A DNA stretch of 51,463 nucleotides from Parcubacteria group bacterium GW2011_GWA2_40_23 (lineage in GTDB: Bacteria > Patescibacteriota > Patescibacteriia > UBA11705 > JABHMO01), in the NCBI GenBank assembly GCA_000996245.1, contig LBYP01000010.1, positions 1 through 51,463 of the forward strand. Direction: 5' to 3'. The notes beneath the pieces were generated by a model, which was not told where the DNA came from, did no database searches, and saw only the letters and a program-made list of their open reading frames with translations. Positions 41,263 to 50,413 of this stretch are shown here, piece after piece. The number at the start of each line of letters is the position of its first letter. Positions within the stretch are counted from its first letter, which is position 1. Both the position numbers and the translations under genes were made by a program.

Positions 41263-42405
41263 TTATTTTATAAACGTAACTTTATTTCCGCTTGATTGAA
41301 CTTTTTTATAAATACCGGCAATCATGTCCTTGGTAATATCACGACCACCTAAACCCAAAATGAATGATTGAACTTTTGCTTTAATATTTTTATGTGACAC
41401 CGCCTTTATCTCGATGGCGATGATGCCTTCCTGCCCTAAGGAAATTGATTTATCGATCACGGCCACAAATTTTGCTCCACTCAACTTTTTAATAACTTCT
41501 TCTGTTGGAAATGGACGGAATGTTTTTAGCTTGACGACAGCAACTTTCTTCCCGGCCTTATTTAATTCATCCACAGTATCTTTGATTGTGCCAACAACTG
41601 ATCCCATGGCCACAAAAACAACGTTAGCTTTTTTGTCTCCATAATATTCAACTAAATCACGCGTACCGCGACCAAACATAGTTTTAAATTGACCAAACTC
41701 CTGGCGCAAAACAGCTTTCGAAGCAATTAGATCTTTAAATAAATCTTCACGTATCGGCATATAATCTTCTGGTGTAGCAAAAGCACCCAAACTGCGTGGA
41801 TTATTCACGTCGAGAAATTGGCCTTTGAGTGGTTTATAATCTGGCAAATATTTTTTTACTTGAGTCAGCTCTGGCATCTCAATAGTTTCAAAAGTATGGG
41901 TTAAAACAAAGCCATCCATATTCACCATGACAGGAATTGATAATTTTTCTGCAACTTTGTAAGCCACCAAATGCATATCAAGCGCTTCTTGATTGTTCTC
42001 GGCATAAAGCATAATCCAACCACTGTCGCGGATAGTCATCGCATCTTGTTGATCATTCCAAATATTAATCGGGGCAGAAATCGCGCGGTTCGCACAAGTT
42101 AAAACAACTGGCAACCTCATACCAGAAATCGTAAAAAGAACTTCGAGCATCAATAAAAGCCCTTGCGAACTTGAAGCTGTATATGTTCGTACGCCCGAGG
42201 CACTCGCGCCCAAAACAATAGAAGCAGCCGAAAATTCACTTTCGGTTCTAACAAAATCATAAGTTGCTTCGCCATCAGCTTTAAATTTCGCTAAATCTTC
42301 CACAATATGTGTTTGTGGTGTAATGGGGTAAGCGGCAATAACTGCTGGTCGGCAGAGTTTAACAATCTCTGCGACTGCATGGGAACCTTCTATGCATTTT
42401 TTCAT
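41263..42405 (-). CDS. porA: Pyruvate/2-oxoacid:ferredoxin oxidoreductase alpha subunit
   Basis: 380 aa. EGSHAVAEIVKLCRPAVIAAYPITPQT N-terminus typical of PorA/KorA. Confidence 0.85.
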   Translation of the reverse strand: MKKCIEGSHAVAEIVKLCRPAVIAAYPITPQTHIVEDLAKFKADGEATYDFVRTESEFSAASIVLGASASGVRTYTASSSQGLLLMLEVLFTISGMRLPVVLTCANRAISAPINIWNDQQDAMTIRDSGWIMLYAENNQEALDMHLVAYKVAEKLSIPVMVNMDGFVLTHTFETIEMPELTQVKKYLPDYKPLKGQFLDVNNPRSLGAFATPEDYMPIREDLFKDLIASKAVLRQEFGQFKTMFGRGTRDLVEYYGDKKANVVFVAMGSVVGTIKDTVDELNKAGKKVAVVKLKTFRPFPTEEVIKKLSGAKFVAVIDKSISLGQEGIIAIEIKAVSHKNIKAKVQSFILGLGGRDITKDMIAGIYKKVQSSGNKVTFIK

Positions 42406-42504
42406 ATCATTTAATAGCTTATAGGAACTAGCTTCTAGCTTTTAGGTGCTTAGGATTCAATTACTATATACCTAGAAGCTATAAGCTTATTTAAGCTAAA
42501 AGCT

Positions 42505-42873
42505 TTATTTCTTCATTTTATAAAGCATCACATTCAACATTTTCATAACTTCCGTCAACTTGCTCTGGATATTAGCTAACTCCACATCACTAACCACTTT
42601 TAATCGTTCTGCGATCGTTAATTGAGTTTCCAACTCTGCTCCAGAGGCAAAGGCAATCTGCAAAAATCGAGTGAAATCTTTACTTGTTCCTCGGTGCCGC
42701 CCCTCAGCAATATTTGAAGGGATTGAGATCGCACTTCTTCTTGTTTCACGAGTTAAAATATACTTTTCTTCATTTGGATATTTTTCTGTAAGCTTATAAA
42801 CCTCTATCACAACACCCACTGCTTTTTGCCAAACGATTAAATCTTTATACGAATTTATAGTCATACTTAGCAT
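42505..42873 (-). CDS. Four-helix-bundle protein (the so-called 23S rRNA intervening-sequence protein family)
   Basis: 122 aa. YKDLIVWQKA, SIPSNIAEGRHRGTSKDFTRFLQIAFASGAELETQL. Flanked on both sides by AGCTTCTAGC/AAAAGCT word repeats (42414-42503, 42874-42903). Confidence 0.8.
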   Translation of the reverse strand: MLSMTINSYKDLIVWQKAVGVVIEVYKLTEKYPNEEKYILTRETRRSAISIPSNIAEGRHRGTSKDFTRFLQIAFASGAELETQLTIAERLKVVSDVELANIQSKLTEVMKMLNVMLYKMKK

Positions 42874-42903
42874 GCTAGAAGCTAAAAGCTAGAAGCTAGA
42901 ATC

Positions 42904-43176
42904 CTATTTCTCTTCCAATTCCATTTTTATACATTTAACCGGGCACTCCTCTGCGCAAATTCCACAACCTTTACAATAATCTAAATCTTTTTCATAAAAA
43001 ATCTTACCTTGCAGGGCAGTGTCACCCACAGGGAAAACGCAACCTTCAGGACAAACACGAGCACAAGTACCACAAGCAATGCAGCGCTCATGATTAATCA
43101 CTGGAACATAAGTGCGCCAGTTGCCTGTTTTAACTTTTTTTGTGGAACCAGGATCTGTTGTAATATCTATTTTCAT
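42904..43176 (-). CDS. porD: Pyruvate/2-oxoacid:ferredoxin oxidoreductase delta subunit (2x[4Fe-4S] ferredoxin)
   Basis: CIACGTCARVCP and CKGCGICAEECP. Confidence 0.85.
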   Translation of the reverse strand: MKIDITTDPGSTKKVKTGNWRTYVPVINHERCIACGTCARVCPEGCVFPVGDTALQGKIFYEKDLDYCKGCGICAEECPVKCIKMELEEK

Positions 43177-43337
43177 AATTTTTGTTCTAATTGTTCAAAG
43201 TGTTCTAAATGTTCTATCGCTTCGCTTGTTGAAATTGTTTATTTGATACATGATCCCTGCTCCATGATCTATGATCTATGTTCCATGACAAATCCCAAAC
43301 ATTTTGCTTTCTTGTTTTCTTGCTTTTTTGATTATAG

Positions 43338-43880
43338 TTATCTATTCTTTATAAAATTATACGCTGTCTCCAGCGCCGCGATATTCAGTTTAGCCAAAGC
43401 TTCTGGAAAGCGTTCGTTAACAGCACGTCGCAGTGAATCAAGAGATGCCAAACCAGTCATGGCCGCAAAAGCACCTAGGATAGCAGTATTTATAAATGGC
43501 TTACCAATTTTTTCTAAAGCAATTTTCGTAGCCGGAATACAAACGGAATTTTTGATACTAGGCCAAGTTGGTTTATCGGTGTTAATTAAAATCCCTAAAG
43601 TTTTTTCTGTGCCTTCAAGAACATCTGAATTCTCGCCAAGTAAGGTTGGATCTTGAACTATCAAATAATCTGGCTTAGTGATTTGCTCGCGTAAACGAAT
43701 TTCTGAATCAGAGATACGCAAAAATGCTTGCACTGGCGCACCACGACGTTCAACCCCAAAACTGGGAAAGGCTTGCGCATATTTCCCATCATAGAAAGCT
43801 GCCACAGCAAATAATTCAGCAGCTGTTACGCTCCCCTGACCGCCACGGCCATGAAATCTAACTTGAACAATTTTTCCCAT
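43338..43880 (-). CDS. porG: Pyruvate/2-oxoacid:ferredoxin oxidoreductase gamma subunit
   Basis: VRFHGRGGQGSVTAAELFAVAA and FPSFGVERRGAPV. Confidence 0.85.
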   Translation of the reverse strand: MGKIVQVRFHGRGGQGSVTAAELFAVAAFYDGKYAQAFPSFGVERRGAPVQAFLRISDSEIRLREQITKPDYLIVQDPTLLGENSDVLEGTEKTLGILINTDKPTWPSIKNSVCIPATKIALEKIGKPFINTAILGAFAAMTGLASLDSLRRAVNERFPEALAKLNIAALETAYNFIKNR

Positions 43881-43938
43881 ATTTGTCCCGCTGTTAGCCC
43901 CGCTTCTCGCGAGAGGCGGGGTGAGAGAACAGCGGTGA

Positions 43939-44628
43939 TTATTTAATCAAGGTTGCAATTATTTCTTCCCAATTAGCGAGCGGAATGGCACCTTCCAATT
44001 TGTGACCATTAATAAAGAATGTCGGCGTCCCTCGAACTAAACCATCTTGCGAAGCAAAATAATCTTTTCTAATTTGCGACATAGTCAAAGAAAGATTCAT
44101 ACAAGTTTTGTATTTCTCGACGTCCACACCTATTTCTTTCATTATCCCTTCCAAATCACCGATACTGATTGTACCTTGTCGCACAAACATAATATCATGA
44201 TATTCCCAAAACTTACCTTGTCTTTCGGCGCAGACCCCAGCCAAGGCAAATTCAACTGAATTTTCTTTAACAACTGGATAGTTACGCCAGTAAAATTTTA
44301 TCTTATCAGAATATTTAGCTTTTATAATGTTAATGGGTTCAAAGGCCTGCAGACAACGGGGGCAATTAAAATCAGCAAACTCGACAATAGTGATGGGTGC
44401 TCCATCATTACCCCAAGAAGGGCTTAAACTATCTGTAAACAATTTCATGTCAAACTCATTCTTATTGGTCAAATAAGTGCCGGCACGCATTTGCTGATAA
44501 ATAAAATATGCCTTGTAAGCAATATATCCAGAACAAACAAAACAGAATAAGAGGATAACTAAAATCAAAATACCCCACCAGCGGCGGTACCAAGACGGTT
44601 TTTTCTTTAAAAGTTGAACTTCCTCCAT
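43939..44628 (-). CDS. Membrane-anchored DsbA-family thiol:disulfide oxidoreductase
   Basis: N-terminal TM. Thioredoxin-fold motif FADFNCPRCLQ (CxxC). GTPTFFING. Confidence 0.75.
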   Translation of the reverse strand: MEEVQLLKKKPSWYRRWWGILILVILLFCFVCSGYIAYKAYFIYQQMRAGTYLTNKNEFDMKLFTDSLSPSWGNDGAPITIVEFADFNCPRCLQAFEPINIIKAKYSDKIKFYWRNYPVVKENSVEFALAGVCAERQGKFWEYHDIMFVRQGTISIGDLEGIMKEIGVDVEKYKTCMNLSLTMSQIRKDYFASQDGLVRGTPTFFINGHKLEGAIPLANWEEIIATLIK

Positions 44629-44700
44629 AGATTTCGTTTAAATTATACCACATATGGTTGTTTTTCCAAAAATCGCATTCGATTTACGAGTCCCCCCATC

Positions 44701-44913
44701 CGATTTGCGAGACATGCATAATCAACTTATTGATTCATGTCGAAGCAATCTCTAATTCATCGCTCGTTAGCGTCATTGCGAGCGCGCTATGGGCAGCGCG
44801 AAGCAATCCCCCATATCATAATTATCCTGAACTGCTAACCACCTCAGTCTTTGTGGACTCGATTAAGAGATTGCTTCGTCGCGAAATACCTAAGACATAG
44901 CTCCTCGCAAATC
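44701..44913. repeat. Cluster of three ATT(T)GCGAG ... CGAAGCAATC hairpin elements (two forward, one inverted)
   Basis: 44701-44752, 44774-44810 and 44866-44913 (inverted). Conserved ends enclose variable internal hairpins (ACATG..CATGT; CGCGC..GCGCG). Confidence 0.7.
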
Positions 44914-44931
44914 AAATTTGATAGCCTAAGA

Positions 44932-44960
44932 TTGACAAACTCCCCGCCTTTTGCTATACT
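44932..44960 (+). promoter_or_regulatory. Extended -10 promoter of secG
   Basis: TTGACA, 17-nt spacer, TGc-TATACT. About 105-nt leader made of AGCTTCTAG/AAAAGCT/ATAAGCT words (44975-45067). Confidence 0.6.
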
Positions 44961-45073
44961 ACTAATGATCTTGAAAAAGCTTTTAGCTTCTAGCAAGTTA
45001 GCTTCTAGGTATTTGAGACTCAAATGTCAGCACCTAAAAGCTATAAGCTAGCTCCTAATAAGCTATAAAAAAT

Positions 45074-45298
45074 ATGAACAAAATCATCACAATCATCCAA
45101 ATAGTTAGCGCACTAGTCTTAATTGTGCTAATTTTACTGCAAAACAAAGAGGGCGGCCTATCCGGTGTTTTTGGTGGCAGCGACTCTAGCAACGTTTTTC
45201 GTACCAAACGCGGTATGGAAAAAAAGCTTTTTATACTTACTATCGTCTTCACTATATTCTTCCTAGCCTTATCTCTAGCCTCTCTCTTCACCTACTAA
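45074..45298 (+). CDS. secG: Preprotein translocase subunit SecG
   Basis: 74 aa, two TM helices, LLQNKEGGLSGVFGG motif. Confidence 0.75.
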   Translation: MNKIITIIQIVSALVLIVLILLQNKEGGLSGVFGGSDSSNVFRTKRGMEKKLFILTIVFTIFFLALSLASLFTY

Positions 45299-45323
45299 TA
45301 ATCTTCCTAAATAATCTTCTACT

Positions 45324-47201
45324 GTGTCTTTTTTTAGAAAAATCGGAATTCAAATTCAGTCTTTTAAATTTTTCATCAGAAACAAATTGCATGATCGCCA
45401 AAGAAAAAATTTTCTGGCGCATGATGAAAAGTTAGTCCAAAAACTCTCTGCCAACAAAAGAATACCTAGTTGGCAACAATTTAAATATATTTCAGAATAC
45501 TTAAATAAAACAGAACGCGTTTTGGTTCGCATTTTAACTGGCGTTGTTATCGTCAGCGTAGCTTGTCTTTTAATTAATATTTATTGGACTCACTCTGCTG
45601 TTCTCCCCAAGGCTGGTGGCACTTATACCGAAGGTTTAGTCGGTGCTCCACGCTTTATCAATCCTTTATTTTCATCTTCAAGTGATGTTGATTTAGATCT
45701 TTCCGCTTTGATTTATTCAGGACTTTTAAAATATACTAACGCTGGTTTAGTCAAAGACTTGGCTAGTGATTATCAAATCAGTAGTGACCAAAAAATTTAC
45801 ACTTTTCAATTACGTCAAAATGTTAAGTGGCATGATGCCGAAAACTTTACAGCTAATGATGTTATTTTTACTTTCAACCGTATTAACGATCAAAAGTCTA
45901 AAACACCACTATACTTTACTTTCCGTGGAGTTTCAGTTGAGAAGGTTGATGATTTCACTGTTCGCTTCATTCTAGCTGAACCATTTGCGCCATTTTTAGA
46001 AAGCTTGACTGTAGGAATTTTACCAGAACATATTTGGAACAATATCCAGCCAGAAAACATGACCATGGCCGAATATAATTTAAAACCGGTCGGTACTGGA
46101 GCGTATAAATTCAAATCCCTTATTAAAAATAAAAATGGCAACATTAAATCTTTCAATTTAGCCAGAAATGATGCTTATTACGAAACACCTGGATACATTG
46201 ATGAACTCACCTTCAAATTTAATCAAACTTTTGAACAAGCTGTTGAAGCTTTAAACAATAAAAGCGTTGAAGGCATTAGCTATTTACCCAAAGAAATCCG
46301 CGGACGCATTATTAATAACCGCAATCTTAATTTCAATCTTTTACAATTGCCACAATATACCGCTGCTTTCTTTAATTACCGCAATAATCCTGTTTTGAAA
46401 GATGTGGCCATCAGAAAGCTTTTGAGTCATGGCGTCAACAAGGAAAAAATAGTCAACGAAATTTTAAATGCTGAAGCTAAAATTATTGATAGCCCAGTAC
46501 TCGAAGGTTCGCTTGGCTTTACACAAGATTTCACTAAATTCCCTTTCAATCCAGAATATGCCAAAGCTGAATTAGAAAAAGCTGGCTGGGTTTTAAGCGA
46601 TTATAAAAAAACCACAAAGGTAGCCGAAGGTTCAGAAGCAACTACGACAGAAGAATATCCCTACCAAGTCAGAAAGAAAAAAGATAATTATTTAGAATTT
46701 AATTTAACAACTGTTAACCAACCAGAAAACGTGGCGATAGCCAAAGAACTACAAAAAGATTGGCAGCAAATTGGCGCTAAAATAAATTTAGTTGTTGTTG
46801 ATACAAACAAAATTCAAGACACACTCAAAAATCGTGACTATGAAATTTTGCTCTACGGACAAATTTTGGGTTTTGATCCTGACCCATACCCATTCTGGCA
46901 TTCAAATCAAGAATCATATCCTGGTTTAAACTTAACCTCACTCAATAACCCAACAATTGATACTTTGTTGGACGATGCCCGCAAAACTGCCGACGAAGGC
47001 AAACGCGCCGCTAAATATAGCGAATTCCAAAAGCTTTTAGCTGAATCCGCACCAGCCATTTTCCTTTTCAACCCAACTTATACCTACCCTCAAAATAAAA
47101 AAATTAAGGGCTTCAATACTGAACGTTTGATTTTGCCAGCCAATCGTTTTAACCAAATTACTTCCTGGTACATTAAGACCCAGAGAGATTGGCAAAAATA
47201 A
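45324..47201 (+). CDS. ABC transporter substrate-binding protein, family 5 (peptide/nickel type), N-terminally anchored
   Basis: 625 aa. GTG start, TM anchor, then an SBP_bac_5-like region (GGTYTEGLVG, FTFQLRQNVKWHD, NLKPVGTGAYKF). Confidence 0.75.
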   Translation: MSFFRKIGIQIQSFKFFIRNKLHDRQRKNFLAHDEKLVQKLSANKRIPSWQQFKYISEYLNKTERVLVRILTGVVIVSVACLLINIYWTHSAVLPKAGGTYTEGLVGAPRFINPLFSSSSDVDLDLSALIYSGLLKYTNAGLVKDLASDYQISSDQKIYTFQLRQNVKWHDAENFTANDVIFTFNRINDQKSKTPLYFTFRGVSVEKVDDFTVRFILAEPFAPFLESLTVGILPEHIWNNIQPENMTMAEYNLKPVGTGAYKFKSLIKNKNGNIKSFNLARNDAYYETPGYIDELTFKFNQTFEQAVEALNNKSVEGISYLPKEIRGRIINNRNLNFNLLQLPQYTAAFFNYRNNPVLKDVAIRKLLSHGVNKEKIVNEILNAEAKIIDSPVLEGSLGFTQDFTKFPFNPEYAKAELEKAGWVLSDYKKTTKVAEGSEATTTEEYPYQVRKKKDNYLEFNLTTVNQPENVAIAKELQKDWQQIGAKINLVVVDTNKIQDTLKNRDYEILLYGQILGFDPDPYPFWHSNQESYPGLNLTSLNNPTIDTLLDDARKTADEGKRAAKYSEFQKLLAESAPAIFLFNPTYTYPQNKKIKGFNTERLILPANRFNQITSWYIKTQRDWQK

Positions 47202-47292
47202 ACTCACAAAAATTGGGATATGCATTAAGGGTTATGGGGTAAGCGAAGCCCATACCCCTTATCCCTTTTCCCATAATACAAATTACTAAATT

Positions 47293-49206
47293 ATGATTAC
47301 AAGAACAACAAACACAAGCGCTCGGCGCTCAACAACGCGTCGTTCTTTTGCGCATCCTCGCCATCCGGCAACTACGGAGCGACCAAGAACCATGCAACCC
47401 AAAGCAAGCAGCGAAAAACCGCGTACCTTTGAGAAACCGCGCCCTTTTTCGACTGCTAGCAAACAAAACTTCTCTTCGCCTGTTGTGAAAGCAACTTTCG
47501 AAGCTCATTTTTCACCTAACAAACCCACACAAAAATTGCGTATTATGTGTTTAGGTGGTTTAGAAGAAGTCGGTCGCAACATGACCCTACTCGAATATGG
47601 CGATGACATTGTTATCGTTGACATGGGTCTACAATTCCCGGAAGAAAACATGCCTGGTATTGATTACATTATTCCAGACATCACTTATTTGAAGGATAAA
47701 ATCAAAAAAATCCGTGGCGTGATTATTACCCACGGACACTACGACCATATCGGTGCTATTTCTCATTTAATTCCTGCACTCGGAAGTCCGACTATTTATA
47801 CAGCGGCTTTGACTGCGGAAATTATCAAACGCCGACACGAAGAATATAAATTACCCATGTTGAATATTCAAAAAATTGATCCGGATGTAGATAAAATCAC
47901 GTTGGGCAGTTTCAATATTGAATTTTTCCGTGTAAACCACAACATTCCAGACAGTTTTGGTGTTGTCTTTAACACTCCAGTGGGAACAGTTGTACATACT
48001 GGTGATTTTAAAATCGACTTTAACCCTATCAACGACAAACCAATGGATTTGAACAATGTCGCGATGATTGGTAGTCGTGGAGTACTGGCCCTACTTTCTG
48101 ACAGTACCGACGCACCACATTCTGGTTATCAATTATCAGAAACAGAAATTACACATGATCTTGAAAAGATTTTTCAACAAGCCAAGGGCCGCATTATTGT
48201 TGGAACTTTTGCTTCTTTGATTAACCGTGTACAACAATTGATACAACTCGGCGAAAAATATGGTCGCAAAGTTTTACTTGAAGGTCGCAGTATGAATGCC
48301 AATATCGAGATTGCGCAAAATCTTGGCTACATGCATATTAAACCAGGAACTTTGATTGAAGATGGTGAATTTAAAAAATTACCAGACGAAAAATTAATGG
48401 TTATTGGTACTGGCGCACAAGGCGAAGAAAATGCCGTGCTTATGCGTATTGCCAATAATGAACATCGTTTCATTTCAATTAAACCAGGCGACTCAATTGT
48501 TTTCTCTTCTTCTGTTATTCCCGGCAATGAACGCACCATCCAAACTTTGAAAGATACTTTTTACCGCTTAGGCGCAAAAGTTTATCATTATCAAAATATG
48601 GATATCCATGCTGGTGGTCATGCTAAGGCTGAAGATTTGAAATTGATTATCAAATTATTTAAACCAAAATACTTTGTACCGATCGAAGCTAATCACTTCA
48701 TGTTAAATATCCATGCTGACATTGCCGAAGGAATCGGAATTCCTAAAGCCAACATCTTTATCGCCGATAATGGCCAAGTAATGGAATTTTCTAAGGCCAC
48801 TCCGCAAAGTGAAACAATCGGGGTCCTCACCAAAGAAAAAGTTCCGACTGAATATATTATGGTTGATGGTTTAGGCGTGGGAGACGTCAGTAATATCGTG
48901 TTGCGCGATCGTCAACTCATGGCTGAAGATGGCATGTTCGTGATTATTGCGACTGTTAAACGCAATACCGGCGAACTCGTCGGCAGTCCAGATATTATTT
49001 CTCGTGGTTTTGTTTATATGAAAGAAAGCCGAGAATTAATTGAGGAAGCACGCGGTTTAGTGCGCACAGTTTGTAAAGATAAAGGACCAGAGCACACGGT
49101 TGATCCAATGGAAATCAAGAATAAACTCCGCGAAACGATTGGTAAGTTCCTCTATAAACAAACCAAGCGTCGTCCCATGGTTTTGCCAGTGGTTATTGAA
49201 GTTTAA
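47293..49206 (+). CDS. rnj: Ribonuclease J (beta-CASP metallo-beta-lactamase) with a basic N-terminal extension
   Basis: HGHYDHIGA. beta-CASP and C-terminal domains. About 80-aa Arg/Pro/Thr-rich N-terminal extension. Confidence 0.85.
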   Translation: MITRTTNTSARRSTTRRSFAHPRHPATTERPRTMQPKASSEKPRTFEKPRPFSTASKQNFSSPVVKATFEAHFSPNKPTQKLRIMCLGGLEEVGRNMTLLEYGDDIVIVDMGLQFPEENMPGIDYIIPDITYLKDKIKKIRGVIITHGHYDHIGAISHLIPALGSPTIYTAALTAEIIKRRHEEYKLPMLNIQKIDPDVDKITLGSFNIEFFRVNHNIPDSFGVVFNTPVGTVVHTGDFKIDFNPINDKPMDLNNVAMIGSRGVLALLSDSTDAPHSGYQLSETEITHDLEKIFQQAKGRIIVGTFASLINRVQQLIQLGEKYGRKVLLEGRSMNANIEIAQNLGYMHIKPGTLIEDGEFKKLPDEKLMVIGTGAQGEENAVLMRIANNEHRFISIKPGDSIVFSSSVIPGNERTIQTLKDTFYRLGAKVYHYQNMDIHAGGHAKAEDLKLIIKLFKPKYFVPIEANHFMLNIHADIAEGIGIPKANIFIADNGQVMEFSKATPQSETIGVLTKEKVPTEYIMVDGLGVGDVSNIVLRDRQLMAEDGMFVIIATVKRNTGELVGSPDIISRGFVYMKESRELIEEARGLVRTVCKDKGPEHTVDPMEIKNKLRETIGKFLYKQTKRRPMVLPVVIEV

Positions 49207-49219
49207 TAATTCTTAAAAT

Positions 49220-49561
49220 ATGCAAAAAGTTACTCTTACATTTAAACCCTGGAAAATCTTGAGCTTACTGGTAATATTCGTCTACGGTTTATCTCAAATG
49301 CGCGGTCCTCTTTGTCTAGGTAGTAGCACCTGCACGACGTCTTTTATTGAAAAGGCACTCACCTATTTGAGTTCTGTGATCCTCCCTGGAATAACACAAT
49401 TAATGCGCGATAATGGATTTTTTGTCGGCTATAAAACAAATGGACTCTGGGACGCGATTCCACAATTCATTGTTCATGTGGGGATCGATATACTTTATTG
49501 GTATTTGATCATCTGTTTTATCAGTTTTATTGTCAGATCGATAAAAAAATTGAAACATTAA
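49220..49561 (+). CDS. Hypothetical small membrane protein
   Basis: 113 aa. Hydrophobic N- and C-terminal segments. No motif recognised. Confidence 0.45.
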   Translation: MQKVTLTFKPWKILSLLVIFVYGLSQMRGPLCLGSSTCTTSFIEKALTYLSSVILPGITQLMRDNGFFVGYKTNGLWDAIPQFIVHVGIDILYWYLIICFISFIVRSIKKLKH

Positions 49562-49592
49562 GAACACTAATTCAGATCAAACATCTTTTTCA

Positions 49593-49620
49593 AAAGTGGC
49601 TAGAAATAGCCATTTTTGTT
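49593..49620 (+). repeat. Direct repeat / terminator hairpin, left of hicBA
   Basis: AAAGTGGCTAGAAATAGCCATTTTTGTT (TGGCTA/TAGCCA stem plus T-run). Matches 50135-50163. Confidence 0.8.
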
Positions 49621-49703
49621 ATACTTATATTATAAAGAATCACCTAGAATTGACTTATTCTCCTGTCTTTGACAGTATTATATTAATAAATAATGATACT
49701 CAT

Positions 49704-49922
49704 ATGCGTAAAATAGCTCTACAAAACGTTGTTTGGAAAGAAGGCAAAAACTTTGTAGCTTGGAACTTAAACACTTCAGTCTCAAGTTTTGGCAAAACAA
49801 AGAAAGAAGCTCTTGATTGTTTGCAAGAAGCTCTCGAATTGCATTTGGAAGATGTTCCTATATCAAAAATCACTAAGGTTGAACGGCCAAACTTAGTATC
49901 CCTCGTCTTGAACTATGCCTAA
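49704..49922 (+). CDS. hicB: HicB-family antitoxin
   Basis: Start at ATG 49704 (MRKIALQNVVWKEGKNFVAW). GKTKKEALDCLQEALELHLED is typical of HicB/UPF0150. 8-nt overlap with hicA. Confidence 0.7.
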   Translation: MRKIALQNVVWKEGKNFVAWNLNTSVSSFGKTKKEALDCLQEALELHLEDVPISKITKVERPNLVSLVLNYA

Positions 49923-50136
49923 ACCAGTTTCTTTAAAACTGATACTAAAAATCCTTCGTGCAGAAGGATTTTTGTTTATTCGTCAAAAAAGTTCTCATGC
50001 TCGATATCGCAAAAACGGACATCCCGTCAAAAATGTCACCATCAAAATTTCAAAGAAAGAAATTCCTTATGGAACATTTCAGTCTATTTTGCTTCAATCA
50101 GGTTTAGACGAAAATGATTTTCTAAAGAAAAAATAA
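49915..50136 (+). CDS. hicA: HicA-family mRNA interferase toxin
   Basis: 73 aa. LKILRAEGFLFIRQKSSHARY ... IPYGTFQSILLQSGL. Confidence 0.75.
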   Translation: MPKPVSLKLILKILRAEGFLFIRQKSSHARYRKNGHPVKNVTIKISKKEIPYGTFQSILLQSGLDENDFLKKK

Positions 50137-50163
50137 AGTGGCTAAAAAATAGCCATTTTTGTT
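50135..50163 (+). repeat. Direct repeat / terminator hairpin, right of hicBA
   Basis: AAAGTGGCTAAAAAATAGCCATTTTTGTT. Confidence 0.8.
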
Positions 50164-50317
50164 TTGCAAATTCAGCTCGCAAATGCTAGACTAAAAGTGA
50201 ACGACATTTCGCATATCATACCAATCTAGGGGTATTATACGAAGTGTTTTCGCATAATAACCAGTTGCACAAAATTGCTCCTTACAGTCGCAACTCTGCA
50301 CTTGATATACTCCATGC

Positions 50318-50393
50318 GTTATATGAAATAACAATATATTTTTTCACCCCGTATAACTCGGGGTGAATAGAACCAGAACAATTTTATTTTTTT
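50318..50393. repeat. Composite inverted repeat, left arm (upstream of the lepB-like gene)
   Basis: Outer 27 nt GTTATATGAAATAACAATATATTTTTT, local hairpin CACCCCG..CGGGGTG, inner 27 nt ATAGAACCAGAACAATTTTATTTTTTT. Confidence 0.85.
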
Positions 50394-50413
50394 ATTTACT
50401 AACCCAAAAACAT

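Noticed and set aside
44658-44900. 80-aa ORF (..SVIASALWAARSNPPY..) in the dsbA-secG intergenic region.
   Set aside because: It is the translation artefact of the ATTGCGAG/CGAAGCAATC hairpin repeats, with no start context.
17600-45070. Word-repeat arrays as possible CRISPR arrays.
   Set aside because: There is no regular repeat-spacer periodicity. The repeats are 6-14 nt words in both orientations within 60-150 nt intergenic regions. No cas genes are present.
3403-50413. Longer N-terminal extensions given by the ORF track (3403, 11159, 13820, 19164, 26084, 33995, 34991, 39192, 49596, 50363, 1961).
   Set aside because: In each case the extension overlaps the upstream gene, a promoter or a repeat or hairpin. 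It often starts at TTG or GTG, and an in-frame ATG gives a sensible N-terminus (signal peptide, conserved motif or RBS).
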